NCBI GenBank assembly: GCA_032718475.1
Contig: JAUCBJ010006096.1
Coordinates: 19,774-83,773, forward strand
Length of the DNA stretch: 64,000 nt
Origin: Nemertoderma westbladi
Lineage: Eukaryota > Animalia > Xenacoelomorpha
Direction of reading: 5' to 3'
The notes beneath the pieces were generated by a model that worked only from the letters and a program-made list of their open reading frames with translations, was not told the DNA's origin and searched no databases. Each line of letters begins with the position of its first letter. Position 1 is the first letter of the stretch. Of the stretch, positions 34,150-49,084 are shown one piece after another. The translations under genes were made by a program, and so were the position numbers.

Positions 34150-36165
34150 TTACATAAGAACCGCATATCCGACAAGGCAAATCAACCGTATATAAACCGT
34201 TAGTGTCAAACCGTATATTTAATAGTTCTTTGAATGATATCTCGTTTTCTGGTGGAAATATCCCAAAACTGTCTAATGCCCAAAATTTTTTTAGGATTTC
34301 GAAAAAATTTTCATTGACCGAGATTCCAGTACTTTGCCTTTGTAACTCAGACTTAACCAACATACATGTACTTGTACTGTTATTTTGAATTTTGTTTTCT
34401 CTAACATTTGTATCACTTTCCATTTTACCGGAAAGTAGCCAACCCACCCCTGAGTCCAGAGCTACCAATCCCGTTCCGGAAATACGAAACATTTTCCCAG
34501 TTACTATATCCCAGTAGTAATCTGAGCCAATTAAAATTTCAACTTCAAACGGTTGATCACTATGGTTTTTATTAAGTATGTCGTCTACTATGTTTGAATT
34601 AATACTGTCCGTAATGTCTTTAGAACAAATGTTATTTTGAATTGGGGAACAAATGTTATCTACAACCAATGCTGATACGACAACCGTTTTCTTGTCAAGT
34701 AGAATTAATGTAATCTGAGCAATTTCTAACAATGAAACATTTGAATTGACATCCTCACCTGGAATTCCTTGGAAATTATTGACTTCAATAAGTTTGGTTC
34801 CTATAATGGGTAAGTTGTATTTTTGAATTATGGATTTCACAATGAATGACCGCTGGCTTCCTTGATCAAAAAATCCTTTAACCTGAAATGAATTTGAATC
34901 ATTAACCGACTGATACTGACAATTCATTATTGCCGTTTGAAGAATACCATTTGAAGTTATTACCGATAAACCTGAAACTTGAACAGACAATGTTGAACTA
35001 TTATTAACAGATATTACGTTAACCGATGTTTTGTTGATATCTTTTAATGGTTTTTGGATTTGTGGACGAGACATTGTCAGTTTGTTACATATTGCAGCGT
35101 GGTGTCCATATTTCTTGCAATTATAACAAGGTTTGTCACGTGGACAGTCCCTTGCTATATGGCCACCCTTGATACACTTGTAACACAGTCGTTTATTTGA
35201 TAGAATGTGTTTACGCTGCTCAATATCTGTAATGTCTTGACAGTTTGATGAATAGTGCGTTTGATCACAAAATACGCACTTTATTACCGGTACTTGTGAT
35301 TTATTTTGATGTTGAAAATTTCCCTGTTGTTGTTTGGGCTTTACAATGTTTGTTGCATTGGCAGTAATTGGAAATGCCGCTACTGTAGATGTCATTGATC
35401 TATCATTTTGTCTCTGTGTTGTTATTTTGTTTATGGAATTTGTTCCGTTTGTTTCATTTTTATATGTGTTCATCACTTCCTCACTTGCTAATCGTGTACC
35501 TATTTGGTTCATTAGCCACAATAAATCATCGATGTTGTTATTTTTCTTTTCTAGTATTTTAGTGCCATATGCAAAATCTAAAGTTTTCATGATGTCTGGT
35601 ATCACAGTTATTTGATATTGTTGTGGATTAGTGCCAAGTGCTTCCAATGCTCGTATGTGTGTCATACATGTATTGTGTACTTGTCTCAATGTTAATTGTT
35701 TATTCGCAATATTTCGTAGCTTTTCTATGTGTGCCTGTATGATTCGGTGTTTCGAACCATACCTTTGTTCTAAAAGATCCATGGCTACTGGATAATTTTC
35801 GCTAGTGATTGATAGACCAGCAACTACTGCTTTAGCTTCACCTTGCACAGCTTGCATTAAATGTTGTAACTTAAGTACATCTGGAAGACCAGAATCGTGT
35901 ATAGCACTACGGAATGAATCTCGCCAACCACAAAAATCTAAAACGTCACCGCTGAAATAGGTCTATCCAATTTTGGAAGCACTGATCTGGCATATTGACT
36001 ACTTATAGCATATGTACTACTACTAACTGCACTAGAACCTGGATTTATTGCACCACTACTAACATTCGTACTTGTAGGTAGATTTGAGGCTGCTGAAAGA
36101 GACATTTCTAACAGAGTTATAGTTTCAGTGAGTCTAACCTTATAATTCGTTGAATTCGTTGAATT
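34150..36165 (-). pseudogene. Third, unrelated BEL/Pao fragment (gag, zinc knuckles, protease, start of RT)
   Basis: LPKL..(frameshift) FSGD...W.DSF..AIH; CVFCDQTH..C, CYKC..GH..DC, CYNC..GHH..IC; FFDQGSQRSFI; ILIGSDYYW; FWALDSFGI. Confidence 0.85.
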
Positions 36166-37732
36166 CCTTTAAACTGACAATGATGACATTGAGTCATAAA
36201 TTGAGGACAGACTGCGAAGATGTGTAGATTATTGAGTCTACAATACGCACAATAAATCTCCATAGCAGGTTGATCTTTAAAGTAGGAGCAGGGTACGCTG
36301 GAGTCAACCGGAGTAAAGTGATCTCGTGATGCACATAATCGGCAACGTTTCCTAGAAACATAATTGGCATGCCGATAATCGTATGCTGTGAGACATTGTG
36401 GACCTTGATACCATTCCAGAACATAATCATTGTCTCTGCTCCTGGGCGCTGTGGGTTGAATCTCCTCGGACTCCAAGCAAATTGGTTCATCTTCCAATTG
36501 CATATCTGAGGTAGGTATAGCTGTTTCTTCAAGCGAACCCACTGTTTGAACTTCCACAATAGATCGTATTCAGAAATAATCAGAAATACGATCTCAGTAG
36601 GAGGATTCAACGTTCGAGGACTATCTCCAAATGAATTTATTCCCAATCACTAAGGGAGGTGAACAACCAGATTTATGACACGTAATGGTACCAGTTGTTC
36701 AAAGACTATTATCGTGTCCTTTCCCCTTTCAGTCCTTGTATCAATGGCCATGGACTTGAGGAAATTATTGGTGGTTGATTATCCAATCAACGACAAGAGG
36801 GTTGGAAGTTGATATTATGAATACCAACACAATGGTACATGGACAGGAGGTGCGGACACCAATATAAGCATCCAAATAAACAGTAAGGGATGGGGAGGTT
36901 TAGTAGGAAGCGGTACGATCAATACCATGATACGACTATGATTGGTCGATCATCTCCCGAAAGCTCCGAGCGCGTTGGGTAGAGAAGATGGGAAGAAGAG
37001 GGTTTCTCTATCAACGTCTTGTATCCTCGATAGCGATGGATAGAGGGAGAATAGTGGTAGGGAGGAGGAAGGATATGTGGGTAGTATCTATAAGATACCA
37101 CAATGGACATGTTTTCCTTTCACGTCATTACTCATTCTTACTCTTTGATTGTGACACTGATCACAATAATTGCAGGAAGAGGATGAGGTAAGAGGAAGTT
37201 ACAGCCTCCCGAAGGAGACCACCCGCGAGCACCCGCACCCCGGGGAAAACTATTCACATTATAGAACCTGGACATTAACGTATGGTTTTTCTCCAGCTGG
37301 TTCTCCTCAACTTTCATTCTTTCATTCAACTTTCAACTTACATTCTTCCACATTCTCTCCTTTAGAGTCGGTTTCGAATAGAATTTTCATGTTCGATTCT
37401 CAGTTTACCATTCCGACTCCGCGGGTATGATATTTAAATAGGTTAATTTCCCTTTAGGTGTCTACATCGTCCGTATCGTGTAAATCGATAGGATGACCAG
37501 TAGTTAAGAAGTCCATATACCTGCCATTACGATGCGTATAGCGAGCGGTGAATTTTCTATAGTCCAATTCGCGCGTGAGCTGTTCCTTTGACATTGGCAG
37601 TTCGATATAACGGCCATCGTCCTCCTTAGTATGTTGACTAGCATCGCCGCTTATTAAACTATCAACAAACGCTTGCAATGGTAGGGTATATCGCCCCCTG
37701 ATACCAAGATCATCTTCTATTAACTCAGTCAT
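36117..37732 (-). pseudogene. Decayed ORF of unknown family with C-terminal Cys/His zinc-knuckle cluster
   Basis: Series of minus-strand ORF pieces ending in CRLCASRDH...C, CAYCRLNNLHIFAVC, CHHCQFKG. Confidence 0.45.
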
Positions 37733-38551
37733 AGCTGCTATATGAGTTTATCGATATTATAATTAATAATAATTAGGCTAGCGGTCGTCGCTGCCTCCCC
37801 CTCAGTGCCCTCGGACAGCGCAAGATCCTCAGCGCTGATGTACTGTCGCCACCGTGTCTCTCGCCAACGTAGTAGCTACACAACGACAACAATAACCAGC
37901 GTGAGTCACTCCACTGTCCGTCCCAAGGGCTTAGATATACTGGAGGTACTTGCTATAGAGGCAGGGTAACTTTCACAACTGCGACTCGCTACTGTAAACA
38001 CACCTTAGTAGTAACATTCACCTATAAACACACAAATTCCACATTCCTGTCACAATTTGTACAAATTCGGGCCATTTGTCCGTTAGTCAAATGCCTTCCA
38101 GAATGCCACGTTATTATTATGTATCCCTGGATACTAGCGGTGTGCTATTTATTCCGCATGCTATTCAATGGGGCAAGCATTCTATTGTTCTTTTAACTCG
38201 CTTCTAATTATGGCGGGGTTGTTGCTATGGTGACATTATGGAAAGCTAGTGGTAGAATTAGGGTAATTCTCATGCATACAGATCTGGGATGCTATTTAAT
38301 AGTAATCCTTTAATTGTCAATATTCCCCTTATACATGATTTTATGAATTTTATCGGCTATTGACTGTACACTGGAGATTCTCGCACACTAATATACTTAA
38401 TAGGGTGAATCTCCACTCCCATAATCTATTAATTATTGGAATTTTGGGAATGTTATAAATTGTATAAAATGACAATTTATCAAATTCATGAGAGGATATG
38501 AATTTAAAATTTATTCCCGTGAATTTTATTATTTGATATTAAATAGACACA

Positions 38552-38950
38552 ATTTTATTCCAGAACATGTCTGGGAACTAGGATCCTTAATTCTAGAAAT
38601 TTTTGTCCTTTTAAGAGTATCGGTAAGTGCTACGATATCTTAATCGACTAGAATTTTAGAGGATCGAAAATTTTAACAGATTTGATTTATAGATTTTCTA
38701 GAGTTAATTTGTTAGCATTTACTCTATTGTAACATTTGTTTTAACAGATTTTATAAATATTTATTAAATATTTAATATTTAAGATGGGCACCGATTTATT
38801 CCAGAACATGTCTGGGGACGTTAACCACTGATTCTAGAATTTGGTCTTTCAAGTATATCGGTGGGTTGCCGCGATATCTTAATCGACTAGAATTGCAGAT
38901 GGTCAAAGGGTTTAACAGATTTATTTTGCGTTTTATGCTACTGTTAAATG
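38552..38950. repeat. Diverged direct repeat (~165 bp, ~242-bp period), probably within the BEL copy 2 LTR
   Basis: ttccagaacatgtctggg...cgatatcttaatcgactagaatt...tttaacagattt occurs twice. Confidence 0.7.
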
Positions 38951-38961
38951 GACATCATTCT

Positions 38962-40996
38962 CAGTGCCGGATTAACCTTAAGGCATATAAGGCACGTGCC
39001 TTAGGGCCAGCCGAAAATCCGGGCCATTTTTTTTTGCAAGTCATTCCTGTAAAAAAAATATTTTTATCTGAAAAGTCCGGAAACAGAGCAAGAAAGTGCA
39101 TCTTTCGACTACTTTCTATCCCTAAATTTGTGATAGAAAGTGCAAAATTATAGCTCAGTCGACCGACAGGTGCTGTGTTATTAGTTCGAGACCTGATGGC
39201 AGAGAAATAATAAAACATGGGCAGTAAAACTTTAAAGTGCTAATTATGAACAATGGAGAATTTAATTTTATCTATTTGTGGGGAATTATTTGTAGTTATA
39301 TGCTCTTAAACTTTCTAGAACAACCAAATAATGACATACTGGAAATACTGTACATAGTAAATGTATGGCGTGTAGATATGGTAGTGCGAAATTAATTTTT
39401 TTTTACCGGAAACTAGTTTTATAAACATAGGCCCTAATAGATAAAAAAAAAAGGATAAATTAGTTGTAGATAAAATAGTTGTTGATAAAAAAAGAAATAA
39501 TTTCAGAAGTAACTTCTTGTCACTACTGTAACTTAGTTTAACTGAAATTCGGATGTTCTGCCCTCGTGTATTGAATTTTGCATTCGATGGCATTTTAGGT
39601 GCAATTCCTGCAAAACCTAAAACTCTCGGACAGCACAATTGAATTGGGGTAAATTAAAATTAGTGACAAAAAGTACTTATTTCCGAGACTGTTCTCTTAT
39701 TGAAGAACATTACTTTCTCAGCAAGTCCAAATATAGATCAGAAATATTATATCTTTGCACTAAGCCCACACTTACTGTGTTTTATTTCTCAGCAACTCCT
39801 GTAAAGATAAGTACCCTGCGAAACCTACAGCAAATAAATAACACATTCCCAAGATCCGATCAAAATTGCTAAATGCCTACAGGGGCCAGTCTGCCTTAAG
39901 GGGGCCAACTATAACCCCGACAGAAATGAAATTTTCGAAAATTTACACAATTTTTTTGTAGTTTGATAGAAGGGCTTTCATAAGGTGATGTCGGTTTTCA
40001 AAAGTGAATTATATTTTGACCTCAAAACTGCTCTTTTCAACAACATAATATATTGCGGATATTTATGACTCTCTGTATAAAACAACCTTTTTATCAGTTT
40101 GTCGATTTTTTACTTTTTTCATCACTAAATTCCCTACTATATACTATTTCATTTTTTACTCAATTGTCATCCAATATACAAAATGTTCGGCAGCTTTAGG
40201 ACTACTATCGTTGGTTTTGTAAAACATGGCCATTTGGATCTTCTAGAACCGATTTTGTAACTGCTACACTTTGTCTATCAAAAAATATTTATTCTCAAAA
40301 TATAGCCCGGAAATACTAAAACCCCCCTAAATTTTTCAAAAACAATAATTTTGTGCTAAAATTATCATATAAGATAGCCTACATTTTTAGGTCCATTTTA
40401 CCAAAGTCTTGGACCAAGAACTTCAATGCAGGGTATTACAGATCCTTAAACATGAGCTAATTTACATAGAAATGCCACAAATTTATAGAATTTTTGAAAA
40501 AACCGACCTGCTCAAAAAGCGCCATATTTTTCGAACAAACGGTTTATGAAGCTATCTATACTCAGTTTTAATAGTATATATAAGATCACAGATAATTGTA
40601 TTAAAGTTTCAGAATAGTAGCTTTATAAATAAAACAAATAGATTTGGGGTAATGGTCTCATTAATATATTAAAAATTAAAGCTTGAGAAGTTCTACCAAA
40701 ACCATTACACATTTTATAACAAAGGTTTTATAGGCATAATATGCCGTTTAGTAATGTTACAATTCTTGATGAAAACTATTTTTGCGAAGTACTTATTATT
40801 AAAGTACTTATTACTTATTTGCACGCAGTAATCCGACGAAAATACTTCATATTTCCTTCACAACATTTTCACAATTTCAGTTGTTTTTAGCAGCTTTTTC
40901 TTTTAAAAGGGTTTGCGGAAAAATATAAATTTTCGGGCCATTTTTGGAAATTACTAAAATGTGCCTTAGGGCCACCAGAGGCTTAATCCGGCACTG
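38962..40996. mobile_element. Non-autonomous hAT-like transposon
   Basis: TIR cagtgccggattaa / ttaatccggcactg; 8-bp TSD atcattct / ttcattct (1 mismatch). Confidence 0.85.
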
Positions 40997-41004
40997 TTCA
41001 TTCT

Positions 41005-44000
41005 ACTATATGTATTATTTAATATACGGTATGAGAGCAATATTGCAAGAAGCAATGTCAGTGAGAAGAGGCAAGTCGTTTCCAAGGTCTACCCAGAGCT
41101 TGGTTTAGCCGAGACACGAGGATCTGAACTTTGCATTCCTAATACTCTACTTATCAATAATACTTAAGTATAGTAGGGGCGGTATATTGTACTTTAATAA
41201 GTACTGACATTTCATCTTACTGTAGTCACGTATTTATAGTATGTTACGGACAGCAAGGAAAGAGAAAATTAATTATTTCTCGCCGTTAAACGAAATATAT
41301 TATACTAAGTAATTAAGTAATAAAACACGAATATATTGCACTAATCTACTGAATAATCAATAAAATATTATTCTACTAAATAAAATTAAAGAAAACGATT
41401 ATAATAATAAAAATTACGTAATAATACATACATAAATATAAAAATAAAAATATAAAATAATGTAGTCACACATCCACTCCAAACGCTGTTATGTTGGGGA
41501 GTCCCTAGATGTTTGTTGGATTAGGGAGGTGGTCGTAGGAAGAGTCTCTTGCCTTCCATAGTTCCCGGACAACTCTCGGTCTCTTTCCAGTAAACATAAA
41601 CGACCAACTGGGCGATTAAGTTGTTGTGTTTCGAATACAATTCCAGGTTTTTTAAAGTTACGTCGCATGACGACGAGTTCTACCGATCGCACTAAACCAT
41701 CATCGGATATATGAGTCTCGATGATACGACCTGTCTGCCACCTCTTACGTGGAAGATCTGATTCCACGATAAGGACCATGTCTCCGGCGCTGACGTTTTC
41801 CTGCTGCGCAAACCACTTTGTTCGAAGTTGTAGTGTAGGAAGATAATGTTTTTCGAAATGGTCAGCGAAACGACGGGATAATAACTGCATAAGTTGCCAA
41901 GTTTGTCGGCAGTATTCATCTCCGTCCGTGATTTCCGATTGAGGGAGCATGGCTACAGGTTTCTTTAGTAGGAAATGCGCGGGTGTTAGCGCTTCTAGGG
42001 AGTCAGGACTCGATGAGACTGGCATAAGCGGTCTCTCATTAAGATAGGCGGCGATTTCTTCCATTAACGTCCGCAAAAGTTCGTCGGTGAGATACGCGCG
42101 GCACGGCACTATAAAGTGAAATGCGGTCTTCACGCTCCGTATTAGTCTCTCCCAACTTCCTCCCCACCAAGGGGCGTCGGCGGCGTTGAAGGTCCAGCTA
42201 GATGTTGTTACCCTTAGCTGATCGTCCACCTGTCTTTGGTTCCAATCTTTCACGTAAGCTTTGATCTCATTATTGGTGCCAATGAAGTTCGTTCCTTTGT
42301 CGGATCTCATAGTGTTGCTAGTCCCAAAATGAGCGATCTGTCGGCGTAAACTCAGTATGAATCTGTTGGTAGATAGATCGTTCACCATATCTAGATGGAT
42401 CGCTCTACAAGTCATACAGACAAAGAATATACACCATCGCTTGACTATAGTCCTAGCACGATATACTTCAATAGGGCCAAATAAATCCACACCAGTATTA
42501 GTAAAGGGTGGTTCATAGAAGCTTACTCGTTCCCTAGGTAATTCTGTCTCTCGCTGTGTTAAAGGCCTACTGAATGCTTTCCTACAGGGTATACAGTTCC
42601 TAAGAACTTGGTTTAGAGCTCTACGGGGCTTATGGAAATAATAGTGAGTTCGAATTTCTCTAAGAACTCGTTCCCTATTCCCTACCAGCATGGTAAAGTC
42701 TACTGTGAACATCTACAATCATCTTGATTTGTATTTCAAGATTTCTAATGAGTATGGGAAACTTAGTGTCAAAGGACAATGGAGCATTAGTTAATCTCCC
42801 TCCGACACGTATTAACCCATCTATCATTGTGCTAGAGAAACAATCCCTTAAGCGCATCTGTGGATTTCTCAACAACAGGAAATACTTATCAGAATCTTCA
42901 TAGCATTCCAGGAGTCTCAGTATCTGCTTATTGGTATCCTCATGTTCTTAATAACTGATCTTCTCAGTCAGAAACCTATCAGACACTTTATAAGTGGGAA
43001 GGTCTTTAATAACACGGACTTTTTCAGATACTATTGGAGCGGTATCACTAGCGATCTTTGTCCTCGAATAGTGATGATGGAAACATCTTTTTATATACAC
43101 AACGGCCTTGCAAAGCCGATTCCAGGAGCTATAATGATCTATTGCTCTCTGTAGGAGAGGGAAGAGTCCTTGCGAGACATCTGGTGTTCCAGATTTCCAG
43201 TCTCTTTCCCTGATTTCTATAACGGATATAGTCGTATTTCTCGTAACATCCGCGGGTGAGTTTAGATCCACAGCGTCGTCACCGGAGGTGTGTAGTACAG
43301 ACAGATCTATCACGGGTTTAAATAAATTTGATTTACTTGTCCGGGTTTTAGGTTTGACTTTCTCCCCGCTCCCTTGGCTTGTCTAATCTCCGCCGTGGTG
43401 AGATGAGGGGGCCATTCCTCCTCTTCTTTACTCAGGAAGTCGGGTCCACCTAACCAGTCCGGAGTATCTATCAGTTCTTGAGGAGTTGCTCCTCTGGAGG
43501 CGATATCAGCTGGATTAATTGTCCCAGGGCAATGTCTCCATTGATCTATATTAGAGCGACTGAGTATAATGGCTACTCTGTTGGTAACGAAGATGCTGAA
43601 CTGACAGACTTCATTTGTTATATACTCCAGAACGAGTAAAGCATCAGTCCAATAGACAGTTTTCTCTAGTGGATAGTCGATCTGTTCTGTTCCATTCTGG
43701 CCGATGGCTGTAGCGTATAGAGCCGCCTTTAACTCTGATCTAGGAACTCGTAGTTTGTTGTTTATTAGGGCCTTAGAAGCGACCAATGAAACCTTAATTC
43801 CATCCGGAGTTTCAACTCTCAGGTAGGCTACTATACCTATTCCCATATCGCTGGCGTCTCCAAACATATGGAGTTGATAGGAATACGTGGGGAGAACATG
43901 ACCAAAATATGAACTGGAAATCTTAAAGTTCTCGATGGATGGTAGAGAATCTTCCCATTTCATCCACTTCTTTAGCAGTTCTCCCTTAAGTGGATCATCC

Positions 44001-47000
44001 CACGAGTGGTTTTCGAGCCACATTTGTTGCACTAAGCTCCGAGCAACTAATATAACTGGGCTAATAAATCCCAATGGATCGAAATAAGTGCTCAGGATAC
44101 TTAGATAAATCCGTTTAGTTCTAACTGGATTATCTCGTTGTTTTAACTGAAAAAACAAGATATCTCTCTCCGTGTCCCATTTTAATCCAAGCGTCTTGGT
44201 TTCCGGAAGATCGTCCTTGATGAGGTCCAGATCTTTAACACCTCGGTCTTCTACCGGGATCGATTCCAGAAACTCACGGGAGTTACTAGTGAATTTGGTT
44301 AGCCGAAATCCACCACGTCGTAAGCACTCTACCGTTCCCTTGGCAACATCAATGGCTTCTTCCACCGATGGGAGGGACTTTAAATTGTCGTCCATGTATA
44401 TATCCCATTTAATGTTGTCGATAACCGCTTTAGAGAAGGCATCTCGGTTGTCATTGGCAGTGGTACGCACTACCAAACAAGCGTTCGAGGGGCTTGAGAT
44501 GATGCCGAAAGCCTGGATCGTCATCCAGTACTCCACCGGTTTTCGGTTGAGGTCTCCTTCAGGCCACCACAGAAATCGTAGGCTGTCTCGATCCCTATCC
44601 AGCGCCTTGACTTGTAGGAACATGCCTTCGATGTCCGAAGCAAACACGATCGAATATTGCCGCAGTCTTAGTAATATTCCCAACAAAGATTGGAGTAAGT
44701 TAGGTCCCGGCAACAGTTCTGAATTCAGGGATTGACCCATATAAAGGGCGGAGCCGTCAGACACTACCCGGACTTCATTTGGTTTACCGGGCTTGGGAAC
44801 GTAATGATGTGTTAGATAATAAGTTCTCTCCATTATGGGTGTTTCTTCCGGAACTCGCACCGCGTATCCCTTATCTATAAATTTCTTCAGTTGGGTTTTA
44901 TACATTTCCCTGGCTTGAACGTTAGCTGTCAGACGCCGATGTAGTTGTGCGATTCTTTTTTCCGCTAAAGGTCAGTTATTTACGAAGCTGGGTTCTCGCC
45001 GTCGAAACGGAAGACCAATCTCATAGAGACCGTCATCCTTCAGATAACGTGTAGTCGTTTCCTGAATCTGTTTGGCTCTCTCTTCTTCAACAGATAAAGC
45101 CTTGTCGTAGGAATTAGGCTCTACGGCTTCTTGAGTAAAGAATCGTATGGCATGTTCATCGCGTAGTTTATCATTATATCTATCTACCACTGCGTTTAAT
45201 TCATCATTATACTTCAATGATTCACTTGGTTGGTGGATAAGATGACATAGGTTGAATTGGTTCAGCCAAGTTTGGTTCTCAGTAAGGATATTGATGTCAT
45301 TTCCCTCATTATATAAGTGGTTGATATCATTGTTGTCTGAGGAGTATGGAGTTTCCTCAGCTGGGATCTCTCCTTCACTGATTTCTTCTTCCCATTCACT
45401 CACCTGGTGGATGCGTTCACTTGGGAGTCTTTCCATTAAGGTCCTATGGGAAGGTCCAGTGAAGTACCAACCTACTCTCATTCTTCCCGCATACGTCTGA
45501 AGTGGTTGCGGTCGAGCAGGCCGTTTTTCTAATGTCTCAAGTGCCTCGTGCGCATTTTGGCTGAGTAAAATCTGCACCCCTGGATAATACATATTGAATC
45601 TAGGTATATTGTGTTGCTGGGTAAAATGATCTTCATCCCAGTTGTAAGGCTTCACTTGGCTAGAAGCAAAGTTCTTTATCGCCACCATTTTTACCGACCT
45701 TACACTATTTTCTCCTAGCTCCTAGTTTCCAAACCTGCATAATTCCGGAAAGGTTCGGAACTTTGGTTGACCTGCAAAGATGTCTTCGGCTAGTTCTTTG
45801 TCGATAAAGGTGCCAGTACTGCCGGAGTCAAGGAGGGCATTTACTATCAAGCTCTTCCCTATCCCATGGACCCTCAGTTGCACCACCGGGAATTCTCGGA
45901 TACCGACATATGAAGTTGTCGCTTTCCAAGATGGCTGTGGATCCGGAATAGACAGTCGGGAATCTTCTCCTTCGGTTTCTGTCTCGTACATAAGTTCTCG
46001 ATACACATCTGTGTTGATCATATAACAGGATTCATTTTCATTGGAAAATTCATCCGTGTAGAAGCCTTCCATCTCCGAACTGTGGTCAGTGTCTTTCACA
46101 TCACTGAATTGGACATGTAGTTCGGGCTCACTTACCTGACTCGTACGGGTTCTGTCAAATTCGGTGTGCAGCAAGATATGATGTTTCGCGCCGCACTTCA
46201 CACACCTTGCATCCGAATAACAGGTCCGTCGTTGATGCCCTCATCTGAGGCAATTATAACACAACCGCTTATCCCACATGACGTCACGCCTATCCTTCAG
46301 GGATTTCTTTAAGAATTCATCACACCCACTCAAGCGATGTGGCCCGTCACACAATACACATTTAGGTTTGATATTACTTACCTTAACCTGTGTTGTGTTG
46401 TGCACACTTGTTCTTTCTTCAGGCTTTCTTCCATGAATTCTCTTGGGAGACGTAGGGGGAGTTGTTACCTGTTCTCTCCTGTCACTGATTCGAGACTAGA
46501 TTTACTTACGTCTTTCCTAACCTTATTGACATAATAAGATCTTTCGGTGTCCTTGCCACTATTCTCGTCATAGGACGTCGTCTGACTCCCACAATCCGTA
46601 TAACACACTGGTGTTACCTCTCTCCTAGTAACGGGTTTTTCACTTACCTTACTTTCCGGTGTCTTCTCTCTGGACTGCTTTAGGAGCTGTAATCTTACCT
46701 CTCAATTTAAGAACGACATGAGATCAGCCATGGTAGGGTCTCTTTGTTGCTGGTCCATCAGATAGAGAACCTTCTTGTCCCAGCAAGTACCTACTCCACC
46801 CTTTGGCAAAGTAGATGCTACGGCTCCAACAACCATAGAACTCTGGTATTCCTGAGACTTACCTAACCAATCTAGCTGTCTACAGATCTCCTGAATCTCA
46901 TTGGAAAACTCTATAATCCCGCTGCTAAGAAAATTTTGGGGCGCTACTAATTTCGCATACAGATACCTAGCTATGTTTGTCCTATTACCATACCTGATGT

Positions 47001-48710
47001 TTAGTGTATCCCAAACTTGTCTTAATCTGTCTGGATGTCCAATAAACTTTAACGCCATTAACTTGGGAGGTCCTTCCAAGCACTCGATGAGGAATCGAAG
47101 TTTATCTCCATTGGATAGTACAGAGTTCTGTATGTTATCTTTATAATATTCATTAAAAGGTAACCATTTCATCTCATCTCCATTGAACTTGACGACCTCT
47201 CCTACGTTTACCGCTTGATGGGCTTCGGTTCTAGCCATTTGACGTATAAAACTTTCTTGAGCCATCGTATTATTTAATATCGAGTTATCAGTCTATAAAT
47301 TTCTCGGATTATGATCAGATCTGTATGGGATATCCATTATCAACAGGCTTATAATTACCCTTAATAGGGTTTACTATAGGAGTTTCTACTTCGCTAGCAG
47401 TATAGATGCGTGTAGGCTCCACACCTTGCGCATGAAATACTTCAGACCTAACTGGCTGACACATTGTTACAGGGGGTGGTGGTATACCCATTTGTATATT
47501 TACTAATTTATCATGCTCTAAAGCGATACTTTGTTGTACTTCTTGCAGCTCTAACCTACTCTCTCTTACTGTTCCCTTTAACAGTTGAACAGTCCCTTCT
47601 AATTCTCGGACTTGTTCGGAAGATCTGTTTTTGTGACCTTCCAACTGCCCGAGCAGCCGTTCCATCCCCCGTCGTCCCTCGTCCACCCACTCAACCGCGG
47701 AGGCGGGAGACGCCAATATGGTAGCTGGATGGCACATCAGGACGATGGGAGACAGTTTGATAATGTCTTGCTCGGCGTCTAGGACAGTTTGGGATTCTCT
47801 CAGTTGTCTACTGGGCACAGGTAGTTTAGTACTGTGCAAAGGGAATTTAGAGTTAGGTTCTGGAAGTACAGGGGTCTCTATCAAGGGAGTGGCTTCAATA
47901 ACAGGCCTAATTATTTTGGGCTCGTCTACTATAGTAGGGAGTCTTTCTACTCTAATAATTTGGTCTGTAGGCTCTTGATTACTTAAATCTACATTAGCTA
48001 GTTGCCTTCTCACCGCAGGAGGCAAATTAGGTAACTTCTGCCGGTGTGGCGCTCTTCTACGTCCGCTTGAACGAGATTGATTACCTTTAGCCTCGGGATC
48101 CGTTGTATCACCTTCATCGGAGGAGGTAAATCCCTGTCTTCTGGGAGTAGATCGACTCAGTAGTTGCATCTGAGTAGTTGCTCTCTGTTTATTTAAGTAA
48201 TCTTGTTTCGCCTGAAGATTCTCCAACTCTAGTTGGGTTGTCGCATCAGCTGCTCTTCGTTCTGCCACTGCCGCTGCTGCTACCGCTTTTCTTTCCGCTT
48301 CCGCCGCCTTTCTTTCAGCTTCTGCCGCTGCCACTTTTCTTTCCGCTTCTGCCGCCTTTCTTTCAGCTTCTGCCGCTGCCGCTGCTGCTAACCTTCGGTC
48401 TTCTATTTGCTTTTTCTTTATTTGCTCTTCTTGGTCCATGGTGATAAGGATGCCTTCATCAAATTTAGTCTGCTCCGCAGCTAATATTTCCGCATATAAA
48501 GAATCTAACACGAATTTGGCTCCCTCACTATGAGGGTGAAGTCCAGCTAGCCGTCTCCTTAGCTCTTTGTCACCAATAAATCGTTGATAATCCGACAGAT
48601 AGATGTCAATAGCATCCTTCTTCTGAGGTTTTTCGGATATCGCTTCGCCTTCCACATGAGAAAAGGTGGTATCTGTTGATTCTCCGTGGGTTATGCGCTC
48701 AGTTAGCTGA
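41005..48710 (-). mobile_element. BEL/Pao copy 2 (same family as copy 1), 5'-truncated; 3' LTR starts ~41470 and is interrupted by the hAT element
   Basis: Collinear homology to 15300-21685; PPT-like ggagtggatg followed by tgtgactaca. Confidence 0.9.
41489..48710 (-). pseudogene. Fragmented BEL gag-pol including full integrase core
   Basis: ORF pieces 47315-48655, 46702-47265, 45722-46201, 44972-45688, 43310-44905, 42948-43313, 41489-42712; GVDLFGP, RSDKGTNF, WGGSWERLI, LTPAHFL. Confidence 0.9.
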
Positions 48711-49084
48711 AGTATCCTGAATCATAAAAACTTGTCCGATACTTTTGAAAATCGACCTGTTTAAATTAATTCTGGAAAGATTCAGTGTTGAATAATGATT
48801 TCACTGGGATCCTTATCATTTCAAAAAACATGTGTCACAAAGTCAGTTAAATCTATTTTTTGGTAGTATAAGATATTATTCGGTAAACAATTTTTGTTTG
48901 TCAATCATACAAATATATATAGCAGCCACATAACAAAAATCAGACTGTTTCACTCATAAGTACTTCAGTAATCATTAAAAATCTGCAATATGTCAGAAAA
49001 AGGGGTAGCGACCCCTTAATATTTAATCTTGCATTCTAGAAAACCATAGGAAAACATTCAAAGTATGATCTTATTAATTTAGCT

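Noticed and set aside
33535-34150. C-terminal extension of the 668-aa BEL ORF and the adjacent 114-aa ORF
   Set aside because: Read-through into a different non-coding repeat after the junction at ~34150
15427-48444. Many short antisense ORFs opposite the gag/pol genes
   Set aside because: Shadow ORFs of coding sequence, with no independent motifs
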